From NCBI GenBank assembly GCA_963767925.1, contig CAVYGB010000008.1, positions 2,528,001 through 2,592,000 of the forward strand: DNA of 64,000 nt, written 5' to 3'. Numbering within the stretch: position 1 is the first letter of the stretch; each line of letters opens with the position of its first letter. This DNA is from an uncultured delta proteobacterium. GTDB lineage: Bacteria; Myxococcota_A; Polyangia; Fen-1088. A program made the translations under genes and the position numbers. Below are positions 32,460-43,469 of the stretch, piece after piece. Below the pieces are notes generated by a model. That model ran no database searches and was not told the DNA's origin. It saw only the letters and a list, made by a program, of their open reading frames with translations.

Positions 32460-33449
32460 CTACGCGTAGTGGTCGTGGTGGTGGTGGAGCGTCTGGTCGA
32501 GGGCCAGCTTGTACTTCGCCGACAGGTCCTTCGACAGCGTGCGCAGCTCCGCCTTCGGCAGGGCCTTGAACGAGCGGGCGAGCAGGACGTCCTCCTCGAT
32601 GTGCTCGAGCTTCGGCATGCCGATGACGGCGGTCGCCACCGAGGGCAACGACAGCGAGTAATACAGCAGCTTGTTCGCGGGGGCGGCGCCGACCAGGGCC
32701 TCCTGCCCGAAGATCTTCATGGCGATGATGCCCATCTTCTTGCGCTGGGCGACCGGCAGGGCGACCGTCTCGAAGCTGGTCTGCATGTCGGTGTTGGGGA
32801 TCATGCCCTTGGGGCTGGACTTCATGCCCACCAGGGCCGCGTTGAGCGCCATCTGGGTACAGTCGAAGTCGTGCCGCTCGAGCGCGGTCTTCAGCACCTG
32901 GGGATCGGTGTGGCTGGTGATGCCGATGAAGCGAGCCACCTTCTGATCGCGCAGCTTGCGCAGGACCGCCAGCACGCCATCCTTGGCCTCGATCGCCGCC
33001 AGATCGTCCTCGCCCTTGAGGTCGTGGATGTGGATGAGGTCGATGTGGTCGGTCTGCAGGCGCTTGAGGCTGCCCTCGAGGATCTGCATGGCCTCGTCGC
33101 CCTTGCGCTTGTTGATCTTGGTGGCGAGAAAGACGCTCTTGCGACGCTCCTTCATCACCTTGCCGACCCGCTCCTCGCTGAGGCCGTTGCCGTAGCCGTA
33201 GGCGGTGTCCATGTACGTGATGCCGAGGTCGAAGGCGCGGGTGAGGGCCTCGAGCGCCTTGTCCTCTTCCTTGTACATGAGGAAGCGGCTGCCGCCGCCC
33301 ATGGCCAGGATCGACACCCGCACGCCCGTCTTGCCGAGGATCCGCGACGGGATCTTCCCGGCGGCGGGCTTCGCCTCCGCCCTCCATGCCGCGCCGGCCG
33401 CCACTCCAACCCCGGTGGTCTTCAGAAACCGTCGTCTCGACAGACTCAT
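32460..33449 (-). CDS. Aldo/keto reductase with Tat signal peptide
   Basis: SRRRFLK leader; LGKTGVRVSILAMG, DTAYGYG, FLATK, SLKRLQTDHIDLIHIH; His-rich C-terminus. Confidence 0.92.
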   Translation of the reverse strand: MSLSRRRFLKTTGVGVAAGAAWRAEAKPAAGKIPSRILGKTGVRVSILAMGGGSRFLMYKEEDKALEALTRAFDLGITYMDTAYGYGNGLSEERVGKVMKERRKSVFLATKINKRKGDEAMQILEGSLKRLQTDHIDLIHIHDLKGEDDLAAIEAKDGVLAVLRKLRDQKVARFIGITSHTDPQVLKTALERHDFDCTQMALNAALVGMKSSPKGMIPNTDMQTSFETVALPVAQRKKMGIIAMKIFGQEALVGAAPANKLLYYSLSLPSVATAVIGMPKLEHIEEDVLLARSFKALPKAELRTLSKDLSAKYKLALDQTLHHHHDHYA

Positions 33450-33512
33450 GCGCGCCTCCTTGTAAAAAGGGGGCCACGATACGCCATATCGCTGCCCAGC
33501 ACGACCCCTCAT

Positions 33513-35762
33513 TCAGTAACGGAGACGCAGGCCTCCGAGGGCCCAGCGCGGCTCCTGCAGGGCCGGGCCGGCCAGGCCGCGCAGGGCGTAGCGCCGGAAG
33601 CTGGCGTTCCGCACCGTGAGGAAGACGTCCAGGGGGTCGAAGGGGGTGAACAGGGCGTGGACGTTGATCTCGTAGGGGAGCGCCAGGCTGACGCCGGCGT
33701 TGCTGTAGTTGGGCGGCAGGTTCTCGGGAGACGAGCGCAGGACCAGGCTGGGGGTGATGGAGAGGTTCTTCAGGAGGGCCAGGGTGGTCCCGGCCCGGAC
33801 GTTGTGCCGGGAGATCTGGGGCAACCCCGAGACGACCGCCCCCTGGGTGCGGGTGAAGTCGACGTAGGAGTACGATCCCCAGCCGGAGATCCGGGCGGTG
33901 CTGAAGCGGAAAAACAGGTCGAACCCCATCCCGGTGCTCGAGCCGAGGTTCACCGACTGGGCCAGGCGGCGGGGCCCGGTCCCGTCGGGGTTCACGAACA
34001 CCATCGGGGAGACGACGGTCTCGGGCGCGCCCGACTGGCTGACGATCAGCAGATCGGACTGCTCGTTGTAGTAGGCGCTGCCGCTCAGGAGCAGGTGCTG
34101 GGTGCGCCAGCTCAGGTTCACCTCGTTCGAGCGGGCGCGTTCGGGGTTGAGGTACGGGTTGTCTTTCCCGATCTGCCCCCCGTTGTCGTAGACGTTGTAG
34201 ATGTACGAGGGCGCGGGGGCCACGTAGGCCATCGAGAAGACGTATTTGAGAGTCAGCCGCCCCCCCAGTCCCTGGACGATGACCGCGGCCCGCGGGCTGA
34301 TGGGCACCACCTCGAAGCGGGTGGTGCGATCGGCGCGTACGCCGGCGATGGCCCGCAGGTGCTCGTTGAAGTTGTGCGCCCCCTCGACGTACGCCCCGAA
34401 CTGCTGGTACTTCAGGTTGACCGTCCGCGGAATCACCACGCGCGAGTCGGGGTTGTTGGCCTCGGTGTAGTAGCTGAGGCTGCCCGCCTGGAGGACGACG
34501 TCGCCGCGGGTGTTGGCCCGGCCGGGGACGGTCGCCTTGGGGACGACGTCGTAGTCGGTGGCCACCGCGCCGACCATGAGGCGGGTCGAGGGGCTGAGCT
34601 GCAGGTCCAGCTTCTCCTCCAGCGAGGCGCTGGTGCCGATGGCGTATTTGTAGTCCCCCAGGAAGAGTCCCCCCGTGGCGTTCGGGAAGACGTAGCGCGA
34701 CTCCGGATCGAGCTCGTAGCGGTTGAAGGTGAGGGACGAGTGCAGGGTCACGCTCTCCGAGAAGCTGAGGGCGTTCTGGCCCTCCACCACCAGCGAACGG
34801 TCCCGCCAGCGCGCCTCGGGCACGAAGAACAGCACCGGGGAGGGGCCGGTCTCCCCCCGCCCCTCCGAGCTGCTGCGCGCGCTCTCCCGGTACCAGGCCT
34901 GCAAGGAGGTCTGCTGCGACTCGATCCGCACGAAGCTGTTGATGCCGAAGTCGCCGCGCACGGGCGGCCCCGCGCGATCGATGGGGGTCAGGAAGGTGTC
35001 GTACTTCTGCCACCAGGCCGGATGATCCTGCTGGAAGTTGCTCAGGTCGGCGTCGCGGCCGGTCACGTAGGCGGTGATCGACACCGGCAGATCCGAGCCC
35101 TGGAAGAAGGTGTGGGCGAAGGAGGCGTAGGCTTCTTTCGTGTCGTAGAGCCCGTAGCCGGCCATCAGCTCCACGGTGGCGTCGCCCGGGCGGCGGGTCT
35201 TGATGTTGATGACCGCGCTGATGGCGTCTTGCCCGTAGAGGGTCGAGCCGGGGCCGTAGATCACCTCGATCTGATCGGCGAAGCGCACGTCGACGTCGCT
35301 GCGGATCATGAGCTCCTCGCCGCCCGGCGGGTTGACCCGCATGCCGTTGACGAGGAGGACCACCTTGTTGTTCCCCACCACGCCGCGCACGGGCACCAGA
35401 GTCCCGAGCTCGGAATAATATTGCTCGACCGTCTCCATGCCGGGCAGGTCCTTGAGCACGTCGGCCAGGGTGGCGTAGCCCCGGGCCCGGATGTCCCCGG
35501 CCGTGATCACGTAGACGGTGGCGGGAGCTTCGGTGGCGCGCTCGAGGGTGCGAGACGCGGTGGTGATGCTGGGATCCAGCAGCTGTCCGAGCGACAGCGG
35601 CGCCATGCCCGGCAGGTCGAGGCTCTGGGCCCCGTCGGACGGAGCACCCGGCTGGGTCACCGTCGGCGGAGGCGACTGGGCGATAGCAGGGGCCGGGACG
35701 CCGGCGAGGGACGCGATCAGCGCCCACGGCCGGAGGAAGCGAATACAGGCGGACGCTGACAT
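33513..35762 (-). CDS. TonB-dependent receptor (plug plus beta-barrel)
   Basis: Signal peptide; TASRTLE...APATVYVIT..DI..RG, IEVIYGPGSTLYG..A..AVINIKT; C-terminal GGLRLRY. Confidence 0.9.
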   Translation of the reverse strand: MSASACIRFLRPWALIASLAGVPAPAIAQSPPPTVTQPGAPSDGAQSLDLPGMAPLSLGQLLDPSITTASRTLERATEAPATVYVITAGDIRARGYATLADVLKDLPGMETVEQYYSELGTLVPVRGVVGNNKVVLLVNGMRVNPPGGEELMIRSDVDVRFADQIEVIYGPGSTLYGQDAISAVINIKTRRPGDATVELMAGYGLYDTKEAYASFAHTFFQGSDLPVSITAYVTGRDADLSNFQQDHPAWWQKYDTFLTPIDRAGPPVRGDFGINSFVRIESQQTSLQAWYRESARSSSEGRGETGPSPVLFFVPEARWRDRSLVVEGQNALSFSESVTLHSSLTFNRYELDPESRYVFPNATGGLFLGDYKYAIGTSASLEEKLDLQLSPSTRLMVGAVATDYDVVPKATVPGRANTRGDVVLQAGSLSYYTEANNPDSRVVIPRTVNLKYQQFGAYVEGAHNFNEHLRAIAGVRADRTTRFEVVPISPRAAVIVQGLGGRLTLKYVFSMAYVAPAPSYIYNVYDNGGQIGKDNPYLNPERARSNEVNLSWRTQHLLLSGSAYYNEQSDLLIVSQSGAPETVVSPMVFVNPDGTGPRRLAQSVNLGSSTGMGFDLFFRFSTARISGWGSYSYVDFTRTQGAVVSGLPQISRHNVRAGTTLALLKNLSITPSLVLRSSPENLPPNYSNAGVSLALPYEINVHALFTPFDPLDVFLTVRNASFRRYALRGLAGPALQEPRWALGGLRLRY

Positions 35763-36052
35763 GGGTTCCTCCCCCCCTGCCAGCCTAGACCGAACCGCGC
35801 CGGGAAGGTAAGGACCTGATTGTTTCGATCTCGCCACCGCGAGTGAAACGACGCGAATGACGATGACACCGGGCATTGGCGTCATCTCGGTCGGTCGTGG
35901 AGGGTATGCCCACACCCTCCGAGAAGGCGACCCTCCCGGCAAATGCCTGCGGCCGGGGCCGGTTCGACCCGGCGAGGCGCGCGCAAACCCTGGATCTTGC
36001 TGGCCACCGGACCCGTCCCGAAACGTCCCATCCTGTGGTAGACACAGAGCGC

Positions 36053-36985
36053 ATGAAGTTGCCGTCGCAGTTTCCGGCGCTCCTGTCCAGCTTCACCACC
36101 TGCCTCCTGCTTGGTTGCTCTCCCGCCCAGGTGAAACCTCCCGCCGTCTCGGGCGGCGGCGGTGCCGGCGGCAGCGACGCGGCGGCGCCTGTCTCGCCGG
36201 GCATCGGCCCCAACACCGGGATCCCGGTCGGCAGCGGCGGCACGGGCGGCGGAGCGCCTCCGCGCCGGGCGGACGCCGGCGTCCCGGTTCGCCCCACCCC
36301 TCCCCCTCCCGACGCCGCCCGCCCGATCGATCGCCCTCCCCGTCCGGACGTGCCGCCGCCGCCGACCATCCTCTACGTGACCGGCAGCGAGGCGAACGCC
36401 GAGTTCGCCAATGACGAGACGCTCGTCGATCGGCTGCAGGACAAGGGCTTCCGCGTCGATCGCGAGACCGACACCTCGGTGAGCGCCGACGACCTGGAAG
36501 ACGTCGTCGCCATCGTGATGAGCGCCAGCACCGACTCGGCCAGCGTGCGGATGAACCTCGCCCAGGCCCCCACGCTGGCGATTCCGATCGTCGCCATGGA
36601 CGAGAACCTGGAGCCCTTCCTGAACCTGGTCGGGCCAGCCGCCGAGGAGCGGGGAACCACCGATCAGACGCAGGTGACGCTCATCGCCGACGCCGACCCC
36701 GCCCTCACGGCCGGCCTGTCGGGCACGGTCACGGTGTACGCCACCGCGTTCGGCATCGCCTGGGGCGTCCCGGGGCCCGGCGCGTTGCGCGTCGCGACCG
36801 TGAACGGAAATCCCAACGAGGTCGCCATCTACGCCTATCCCAAGGGCGCCATGATGGCGAACGACACCGTTGCCCCCGCCAAGCGGGTGTTCTTCTTCGT
36901 CCGCGAGAGCGCCGAGGAAGACATCTTGACCGAAGACGGCCTCAAGCTGTTCGAGGCCGCGGTCACCTACGCCGTCGCGCCCTGA
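36053..36985 (+). CDS. Lipoprotein with Gly/Pro linker and uncharacterised C-terminal alpha/beta domain
   Basis: Lipobox LLG-C; GGAGG/DAG linker; C-terminal domain ending APAKRVFF...LTEDGLKLFEAAVTYA. Confidence 0.7.
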   Translation: MKLPSQFPALLSSFTTCLLLGCSPAQVKPPAVSGGGGAGGSDAAAPVSPGIGPNTGIPVGSGGTGGGAPPRRADAGVPVRPTPPPPDAARPIDRPPRPDVPPPPTILYVTGSEANAEFANDETLVDRLQDKGFRVDRETDTSVSADDLEDVVAIVMSASTDSASVRMNLAQAPTLAIPIVAMDENLEPFLNLVGPAAEERGTTDQTQVTLIADADPALTAGLSGTVTVYATAFGIAWGVPGPGALRVATVNGNPNEVAIYAYPKGAMMANDTVAPAKRVFFFVRESAEEDILTEDGLKLFEAAVTYAVAP

Positions 36986-37110
36986 CCAGGCGCGGGCTCG
37001 CGCCCGGGGGCCAGCGGCCCCACCTTAGTTTCGGGACAGACCGGCCGGACCGGGAGGCCTCCACGGGGGCTTCCCCGGTTGACGATCGGCAGGGCCGAAC
37101 CCATCGTGCA

Positions 37111-37127
37111 ATTGAATCTGGTTCAAT
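37111..37127. promoter_or_regulatory. AT-rich inverted repeat, putative transcription-factor site
   Basis: ATTGAA-TCTGG-TTCAAT in a local AT-rich patch about 95 nt upstream of the ILEI-like lipoprotein. Confidence 0.4.
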
Positions 37128-37220
37128 AATGATCGAGGTCGCAGCAGACGTGAGCCCGGAGGGAGCAAGATGACGGCAACGGTGGGGACCGAGGGAACGT
37201 GGAGGTGGAGCTGGCGCAAG

Positions 37221-38122
37221 ATGAACGGGGGAATCGGCGGGTCCCTGCTGATTCTGGCGGCGCTCGTGGTGGGGTGCGGGACGCGGACCGAGGGGCTGCT
37301 CCTGCCCGACCCGATTGTCGCGCCCGAAAGCCTCGGGCCATCGACCGGCAGCGGCGCGCCCTCCATCGATCCGCCGGCCCCGCCGCCGGCCGGCGTCCAG
37401 CCCGGCGCCACCCCGACCCCAGCGCCCATGCCCGCTCCGGGACCCGCGCCGGCCCCCCCGGTCCCGGTGATGCCCGGGCCGGCTCCCGCGCCGCCCGCGG
37501 GGTGCCGGGTGGGCGAGGTGCATTGCAGCGGCCGGATCCCCAGATCTGCGGCGCCGACGGCACCTGGATCAGCGGCCCGCCCTGCGCCTACGCCTGCCAG
37601 GGCGGGTGCGTGAACCGCTTCTCGGCGGTGTCGTCTGGCTACGGCTCGCCCAGCAACGGGGAAGGCCTGGCCGAGTTCAAGCTGAACACCGAGTCCTTCT
37701 TCTCCGAGCGCGGCGGGCTGCTGGGCTCGCGGGGCTTCAACGTGGCGGTCGTCGATCCCACCAGCGGGGACCAGCTCGAGCCGGTGCGCAACTTCGATCC
37801 CTGGACCACTCCGCTGAGCGGCAACGCCTTCACCGCGCTGGCGGAGTATCTCGAGTCGCTCGAGCCGGGGCGCCTGGTCTTGATGGCCGTGTGCGACGAC
37901 GCCGGCCTCAACGCCCTCAACTCCTGCGAGCGGCACCGGACCGCCCCCGTCGAGCGGCTGGTCCAGACCCTCGAGGCGATGGGCAGCGAGCTGATCGGAT
38001 CGTATTGCTCCCGGGGGGCCTGGTCCTTCGTGACCCTCACCGGCCGCCCGGGCGCGCTCGCCGAGAAGCTGAGCGACGGTCCCAAGGTGACCGCCGAGCT
38101 GCTCTTGCCTGCCCGGCCGTGA
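37221..38122 (+). CDS. Lipoprotein with Pro-rich linker, Cys-rich module and ILEI/PANDER-like domain; frameshifted near 37538-37541
   Basis: Lipobox VVG-C; adding one C to CCCC joins CRVGEVHCSGRIP to QICGADGTW...; C-terminal RGFNVAVVD...FD...LVLMAVCDDA...RGAWSFV is ILEI-like. Confidence 0.7.
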
Positions 38123-38587
38123 TCAGGCGTCGTCCAGGGTCAGCGCCTCCGCGGGCATGGGCGGAGGCGCCGGGTCGGTCACGCTGAGCACCTCGACGTC
38201 GTACTGGATGTCCTTGTCGGCCAGGGGATGCAGGAGCTGGACGTCGACCTCGTCGCCCTCGATCCGGTCGATGAACAGCACCACGTCCACGCCGTTGAGC
38301 CCCTTGGCGGCGAAGCGCTCGCCCTGTCGCAGAGAGACCTCCCCCGGGAACTCGCTGCGCTTCATCGTCTTGTGCGGGCTGTGAGCCGGGTTGCCGAAGG
38401 CTTCGCGCGCGGGCAACACGCCCGCCTTCTTCGCCCCCGGCGTCAGCCCGGCCAGCGCCGTCTCGAGCCCGGGCAACATCTTGCCGCTGCCCTGGATGTA
38501 CTCCACCACACTGTCCTCCAGCGGCCCACCACCCAGCGCCTCGAGGTGCACACGGATGCGGACGCGCCTGCCAGCTTCGATTTGCAC
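38123..38587 (-). CDS. slyD: FKBP-type peptidyl-prolyl isomerase (SlyD-like, no His-rich tail)
   Basis: YIQGSGKMLPGLETALAG...EAFG...HPLADKDIQYDVEVLSV. Confidence 0.8.
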   Translation of the reverse strand: MQIEAGRRVRIRVHLEALGGGPLEDSVVEYIQGSGKMLPGLETALAGLTPGAKKAGVLPAREAFGNPAHSPHKTMKRSEFPGEVSLRQGERFAAKGLNGVDVVLFIDRIEGDEVDVQLLHPLADKDIQYDVEVLSVTDPAPPPMPAEALTLDDA

Positions 38588-38618
38588 CTATCCATCGTAC
38601 ACCCCGGCCGGGGCGTCG

Positions 38619-40563
38619 TCAGCGGCCGTTGGGGCGGTCGGCCAGGCTGCGCAGGAGCACGTCGAGATCCACCGGCTTGACCAGGTGCAGGTCGAAGCCC
38701 GCCGCGACAGAGCGGTCGCGGTCGGTCTCCTGACCGTATCCGGTCATCGCGATGAGCCGGGGCTGGGGGTTGCCCAGCAGAGCCCGCACCTGCCCGGCCA
38801 GCTCGAAGCCGTCCATGCCGGGCAGGCCGATGTCGAGGATCGCGACGTCGGGCCGGAAGCCCCGCAAGACGGCCAGCGCCGTGGGCCCGCTGATCGCCGT
38901 CTGCACCTCGTGTCCCACCATGCGCAGCAGCTCGGCCACGCTGAGGAGGGCGTCCTGGTTGTCATCGACGATGAGGACACGCAGGGGTCGCCCGGAGACC
39001 AGGACTCCGGGGTCGACCTCGCCCGTATCCTCCCGCGGCCGCGGCTCGCCCGGCGCGAGTGGGAGCTTGACCGTGAAGGTGCTGCCCCGCCCGAGACCCG
39101 GGCTGCGCGCCTCCACCGTGCCCCCATGTAGCCGAACGAACGAGCGCACCAGAGACAGGCCGATGCCCATCCCGCCGGCCGAGCGGGCCACGCTCTGGGA
39201 GGCCTGCACGAAGGTCTCGAACACCTTCGGCAGCAGCTCGGGGTCGATGCCCATCCCGCGGTCGTGGACCTCGACCTCGACCTGCCCTGGCCCGACCGTC
39301 ACGACGAAGTCGATGTGACCCCCCGGATCCGTGTATTTGGCGGCGTTGGTCAGCAAATTCGCGAAGGTCTGGGCCAGGCGGACCGGATCGCCGTCGACGC
39401 TGATCGATCCGGGCGGGGTCTTCACCTCCAGCTCGTGCCGGCGGTCCTCGATGAGGGGGCTGGCCAGCTCGATGGCCCGGGCGATCACCTCGTGGAGATC
39501 GATCCTTTCCTTCTTGATCTGGAAGGTGCCCCGGGCGATCCGCGAGACATCCAGCAGATCGTCCACCAGCCGCACCATGTGCTTGAGCTGGCGCTCGATG
39601 ATGAGCTGCTCGCTGGAGGCCCGGATGTCCCCCCGCAGCTTGAGGAGCTGCAGCGCCGTCAAGGCGGGCGCCAGGGGGTTGCGCAGCTCGTGCCCAAGCA
39701 TGGCCAGGAACTCGTCCTTGGCCCGGTTGGCCTGCTCGGCGAGGATGCGGGCGGCCTGCTCGCGCTCGGCGTTCTTCCGCTCGGTGAGATCGCGCGTGAC
39801 CTTGGCGAAGCCAACGAGCCGTTGCTGCTGATCGCGGATGGCGCTCAGGGTGACGCTGGCCCAGAAGCGAGACGCCGTCCCGCCGGATCCGCCACCCCTC
39901 TTCTTCGTAGCGACCGACCGTGGCCGCGATCTGCAGCTCGCGGTCGGGATGCCCCGAGGCGGCGACGTCCGGGGGATAGAAGATCGAGAAGTGCTGGCCG
40001 ATGATCTCGTCGGCCGAGTAGTGCTTGATCCGCTGGGCCCCGAGGTTCCAGGTCGTGACCAGACCCGCCGGGTCGAGCATGAAGATGGCGTAGTCCTGAA
40101 CGCTCTCGATCAGGAGACGCAGGCGCAGCTCGCTCTGCCGCACCTTCTCCTCCGCCTCCCACCGCTCGGTCAGGTCGCGGGTGATCTTGGCGAACCCCTG
40201 CAGCTCCCCGTCGGGACCGCGGATCGCCGTCAGGATCACGTTGGCCCAGAAGCGGGTGCCGTCCTTGCGCAGGCGCCAGTCCTCGTCCTCGAAGCGACCC
40301 GTCTGCTCGGCGACGGTCAGCTCCCGCTCGCACTTGCCGGCCCGGACCTGCTCCAGCGGATAGAACACCGAGAAGTGCTGGCCGATGATCTCGTCGACCC
40401 GATATTGCTTGAGGCGCACGGCCCCCGAATTCCAGGTGCGGACGATGCCGGCGGGATCGAGCATGAAGATCGCGTAGTCGGTCACGCTGTCCACGAGCAT
40501 CCGGAAGGGCTCGCTGACCAGCCACGCTTCCGGTTCGACCGACCGTACGGGTTTGCTCTCCAT
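38619..40563 (-). CDS. Hybrid sensor histidine kinase (2x PAS, HisKA, HATPase, receiver); frameshifted near 39873
   Basis: Two DYAIFMLDP...WN.GA...HFS.FY PAS repeats; KDEFLAMLGHELRNPL; NLLTNAAKYT; GMGIGLSLV; receiver LIVDDN...LDIGLP...KP. One extra base in RRDG(S)RFWA. Confidence 0.9.
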
Positions 40564-40675
40564 GGCAGGTGGGGCCCGTAGCGCCTGCCCCGTGCCGGGC
40601 AGGCGCTGACCCGACCTCGAACTATGGAGCCCCCGGGCGGCTTGTCGAGCCCGCCCCCATGTCGCAGCGCGAAAT

Positions 40676-43421
40676 TCAGTACCGGAAGCGGAGGCCGAGG
40701 CGGATGCGCAGGGTATCGGCCCGGGCGCTGGGCTGTCCGAAGAAGGGCCCGTCGTCGGTGTAGACGGCCGTCGTCGTGCGCAGGGCCAGCACGTTGAGGA
40801 TGTCGCCGTAGACCTCGAGCCGCTGGCCGAGCAGCGGCTGGAGGTTGGCCCGAACCTGCAGGTTGAAGGCCTGCTGGTCGGGCAGGCGCAGCTCGCGATC
40901 GTCACCGGGGTCGTTGATGTCGGTGCCCGGGTTGATGCCGATCCGCGCCCGGTAGTTGTCGTTGCGGCCGGTGACCGGATTCCAGTACCGGCGGCTGTAG
41001 GGGGCGCCCGAATAGTAGGTGTAGAGCATGCCGGTCGACAGCCAGGAGGTGGCCTGGAAGGCCACCGAGGCGCGCAGCTCGTGGCGGCGGTCGTTGGGCA
41101 GGTTGCCCCAGAGGAAGATGTCGCGCGGGGGGATGTTCCCCCATTCGTTGTCCTCCTCGTTGGGGACGTTCCCCTGCAGGCGGCTCCAGGTGTAGCTGGC
41201 GGTGAGCTTGAGTCCGGCCCTCCCGCTTCTTCAGGCTGGCGGTGACCGCCAGGTAGCGCCGGCGGGCGGCCGCCGGGGTACCGAGGTCGTCGATGGTCTC
41301 GGCGCGCCCATTGCGGTAGGCGCCGGTCGGGGCGAGCGCCGTCCCCCCGTCGTTCCAGATGCGGTTGGTCTCCCGCCGCTCGTAGGGGTTGCGGTAGCTG
41401 CGGTAGATGAAGTCGGCGCCCAGCCCCAGCCCTTGCCGCACCTCCCGCTCGCCGCCCGCCGTCAGCTCGGTCGTGCGGGGAGTCTTGAGCTTCTCCCGGC
41501 AGGGGCTGCCGTCGGCCCGGTAGCCCTGCGGTCCGCAGGGCAGCCCGATGGTGCGCCCGGGCAGCCCCCCGGCGTAGCGGCAGTCGAGGTCGTATTCGCC
41601 GCTGGCCGGGTTGAAGCGGCACTCGCGCGAGACCCCGTCGCCGAGGGCGTGGCGCGCGATCCGGACGGCGTCGGTGTCGACGTATTGATTGAAGCTGGCC
41701 CGCAGCACCGTGCGGCTATCGTGCAGTGGATCCCAGGCCACCGCCAGGTGGGGGGTGAGCTCGGTCTGATTGATGACGGTCCCGGCCAGGCTGGTCCCGG
41801 CCTGATTCGTGGTGACGGCCAGGCCGGGGGTGACCGTGAGGAAGCGGGTGATCCGCATGGCGTCGCTGACCGAGTTGACGAAGCGGTAGCCCGAGCTGGT
41901 CCGCAACCAGAAGCCCCGCCGGGCCTCGTCGAGCCGGGGATCGTTCGAGTAGTAGTCGATGCGGCGATCGGGGGAGGTGCCGTTGAAGATCTCCTTGGCG
42001 TCGCCGGGGACGCCGTCGGCGGTCTGGTAAAAGCGGCTGAAGTAGCGGGAGACCGCCTTCACGCTGTGCTCGGCCCAGCTGGTGCGGGCGAACCACTCCA
42101 GGGTGTTGACCAGCTCGAGGCTGCTGTCGACGAGCTGGGTGACGCGATCGTAGTTTTCCAGGTAGGTGCGCCGGGGGAAGATCTGCTCGACCGGGGTCGT
42201 GTGCTGGCAGGCCTCGGCATCGAGCCGGCAGGCCTCGGGCAGGTCGCGGCGGCGGAAGCGCTGCAGGCCGATCTGGCTCTTGAAGAACAGGCTGTCCGAT
42301 ATCAGCGACTCCCAGGTGACCCCGGTAAAGTAGTCGAGGTAGTCCCGCATCTGCTGGGCCTCGGCGGTGACGTCGAAGCCGTCGCGCAGGTTCTGCCAGC
42401 TCTCCCGGTTGACGAGGGTGAAGCTCTGGATCTTGTTACGGGGGGTGGCCTGCCAGGTGAGCTTGAGGGTGCCCCGCCGGTTCCAGTAGCCCAGGTCGGC
42501 CGAGGCGGGGCCGAAGCCGGTGGGGTCCTGCTCCCGCTCCTGCAGGCGGGTGCGCACCTCGGTGTTCAGGTAAAACCAGAGCTTGTCCTTGATGATCGGC
42601 CCCGAGAAGGCGGGGTTGAGGAAGCGGGTGCGATCGAGGGCGGCCACCCCGTCGCTCGCCTCGGCCAGGGGCGACAGGCGGTTGTCCTCCATCCAGGAGG
42701 TCACGTCGAGGGCGTACTGGTTCGAGCCCGACTGGGTCACCATGTTGACCACCATGCCGGGAGAGCCCGCGTTCTCCGCTCCGTAGCCAGCGGTCTGCAC
42801 CTCCATGGCGGCCAGGGAGTTGAGTGTGATCTTCTGCCCGGTCATGACGAAGCCTTCCAGCATGAAGGCGTTCTGGTTGGAGTTGCCGCCCCGGACGCGG
42901 GCGGTCCAGTCGCCGCCGTTGGCGGCGCCGGGGACGTTGTCCCGGATGAAGCCGCCGTAGCCGGTGCGCTTGTCGAGCGGGAGGTGATCGACGAAGTCGG
43001 CGTCGAAGACCTCCCGGACGTTGGCGGTCGTCGTGCTGACGATGGGGGCCGACTCGACGACCTTGACCTCCTCGGTGGCGCTCTCCACCTCCATGATGAG
43101 CACCACCTCGGCGGGGGCGTTCAACCCCACCCGGATGTCCCGCTGGACCACCGTCTTGAGCTTGGGGGCCCGGGCCCGCAGCTCGAAGGTGCCGGGTTGC
43201 AGCCCGGGAAACCGGAAGAAGCCCTCGGCGTTGCTGTAAGCCTGCTTCTCGCCGCCGATCTGGGTGCCGGAGCTGGTCGAGAGCTGCACGCCCGGCAGCG
43301 GCATGCCCGACTGATCGACGACGTTGCCGATGATGCTCCCCACGGCCTGTGCCCGGGCAGCCGCCGGAACCATCGCGATCGCACCGAACAACACAAGCTC
43401 GCGAATCCGAAAGGTCGTCAT
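40676..43421 (-). CDS. TonB-dependent receptor with N-terminal carboxypeptidase-regulatory-like domain (Oar-like); frameshifted near 41212-41217
   Basis: SD GAGGAGG; signal peptide; GSIIGNVVDQSG.PLPGV...GFFRF..LQPG; GPIIKDKLWFY; after removing one base, LKLTASYTWSRLQGN... continues to C-terminal LGLRFRY. Confidence 0.88.
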
Positions 43422-43455
43422 CGTTCTTCCTCCTCGGGAGGAGCAGAGGACTGCC

Positions 43456-43469
43456 CGTTTGCGCAAACG
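43456..43469. promoter_or_regulatory. Perfect 14-bp palindrome upstream of the Oar-like receptor, putative operator
   Basis: CGTTTGCGCAAACG lies about 35 nt upstream of the ATG; the overlapping GCAAACGTTGC resembles LacI-family operators. Confidence 0.45.

Noticed and set aside
35763..36052. Cobalamin riboswitch upstream of the TBDR
   Set aside because: Could not find the conserved AGGGAA / GCCCCCGC / GCCACTG core elements; kept only as an unclassified structured leader.
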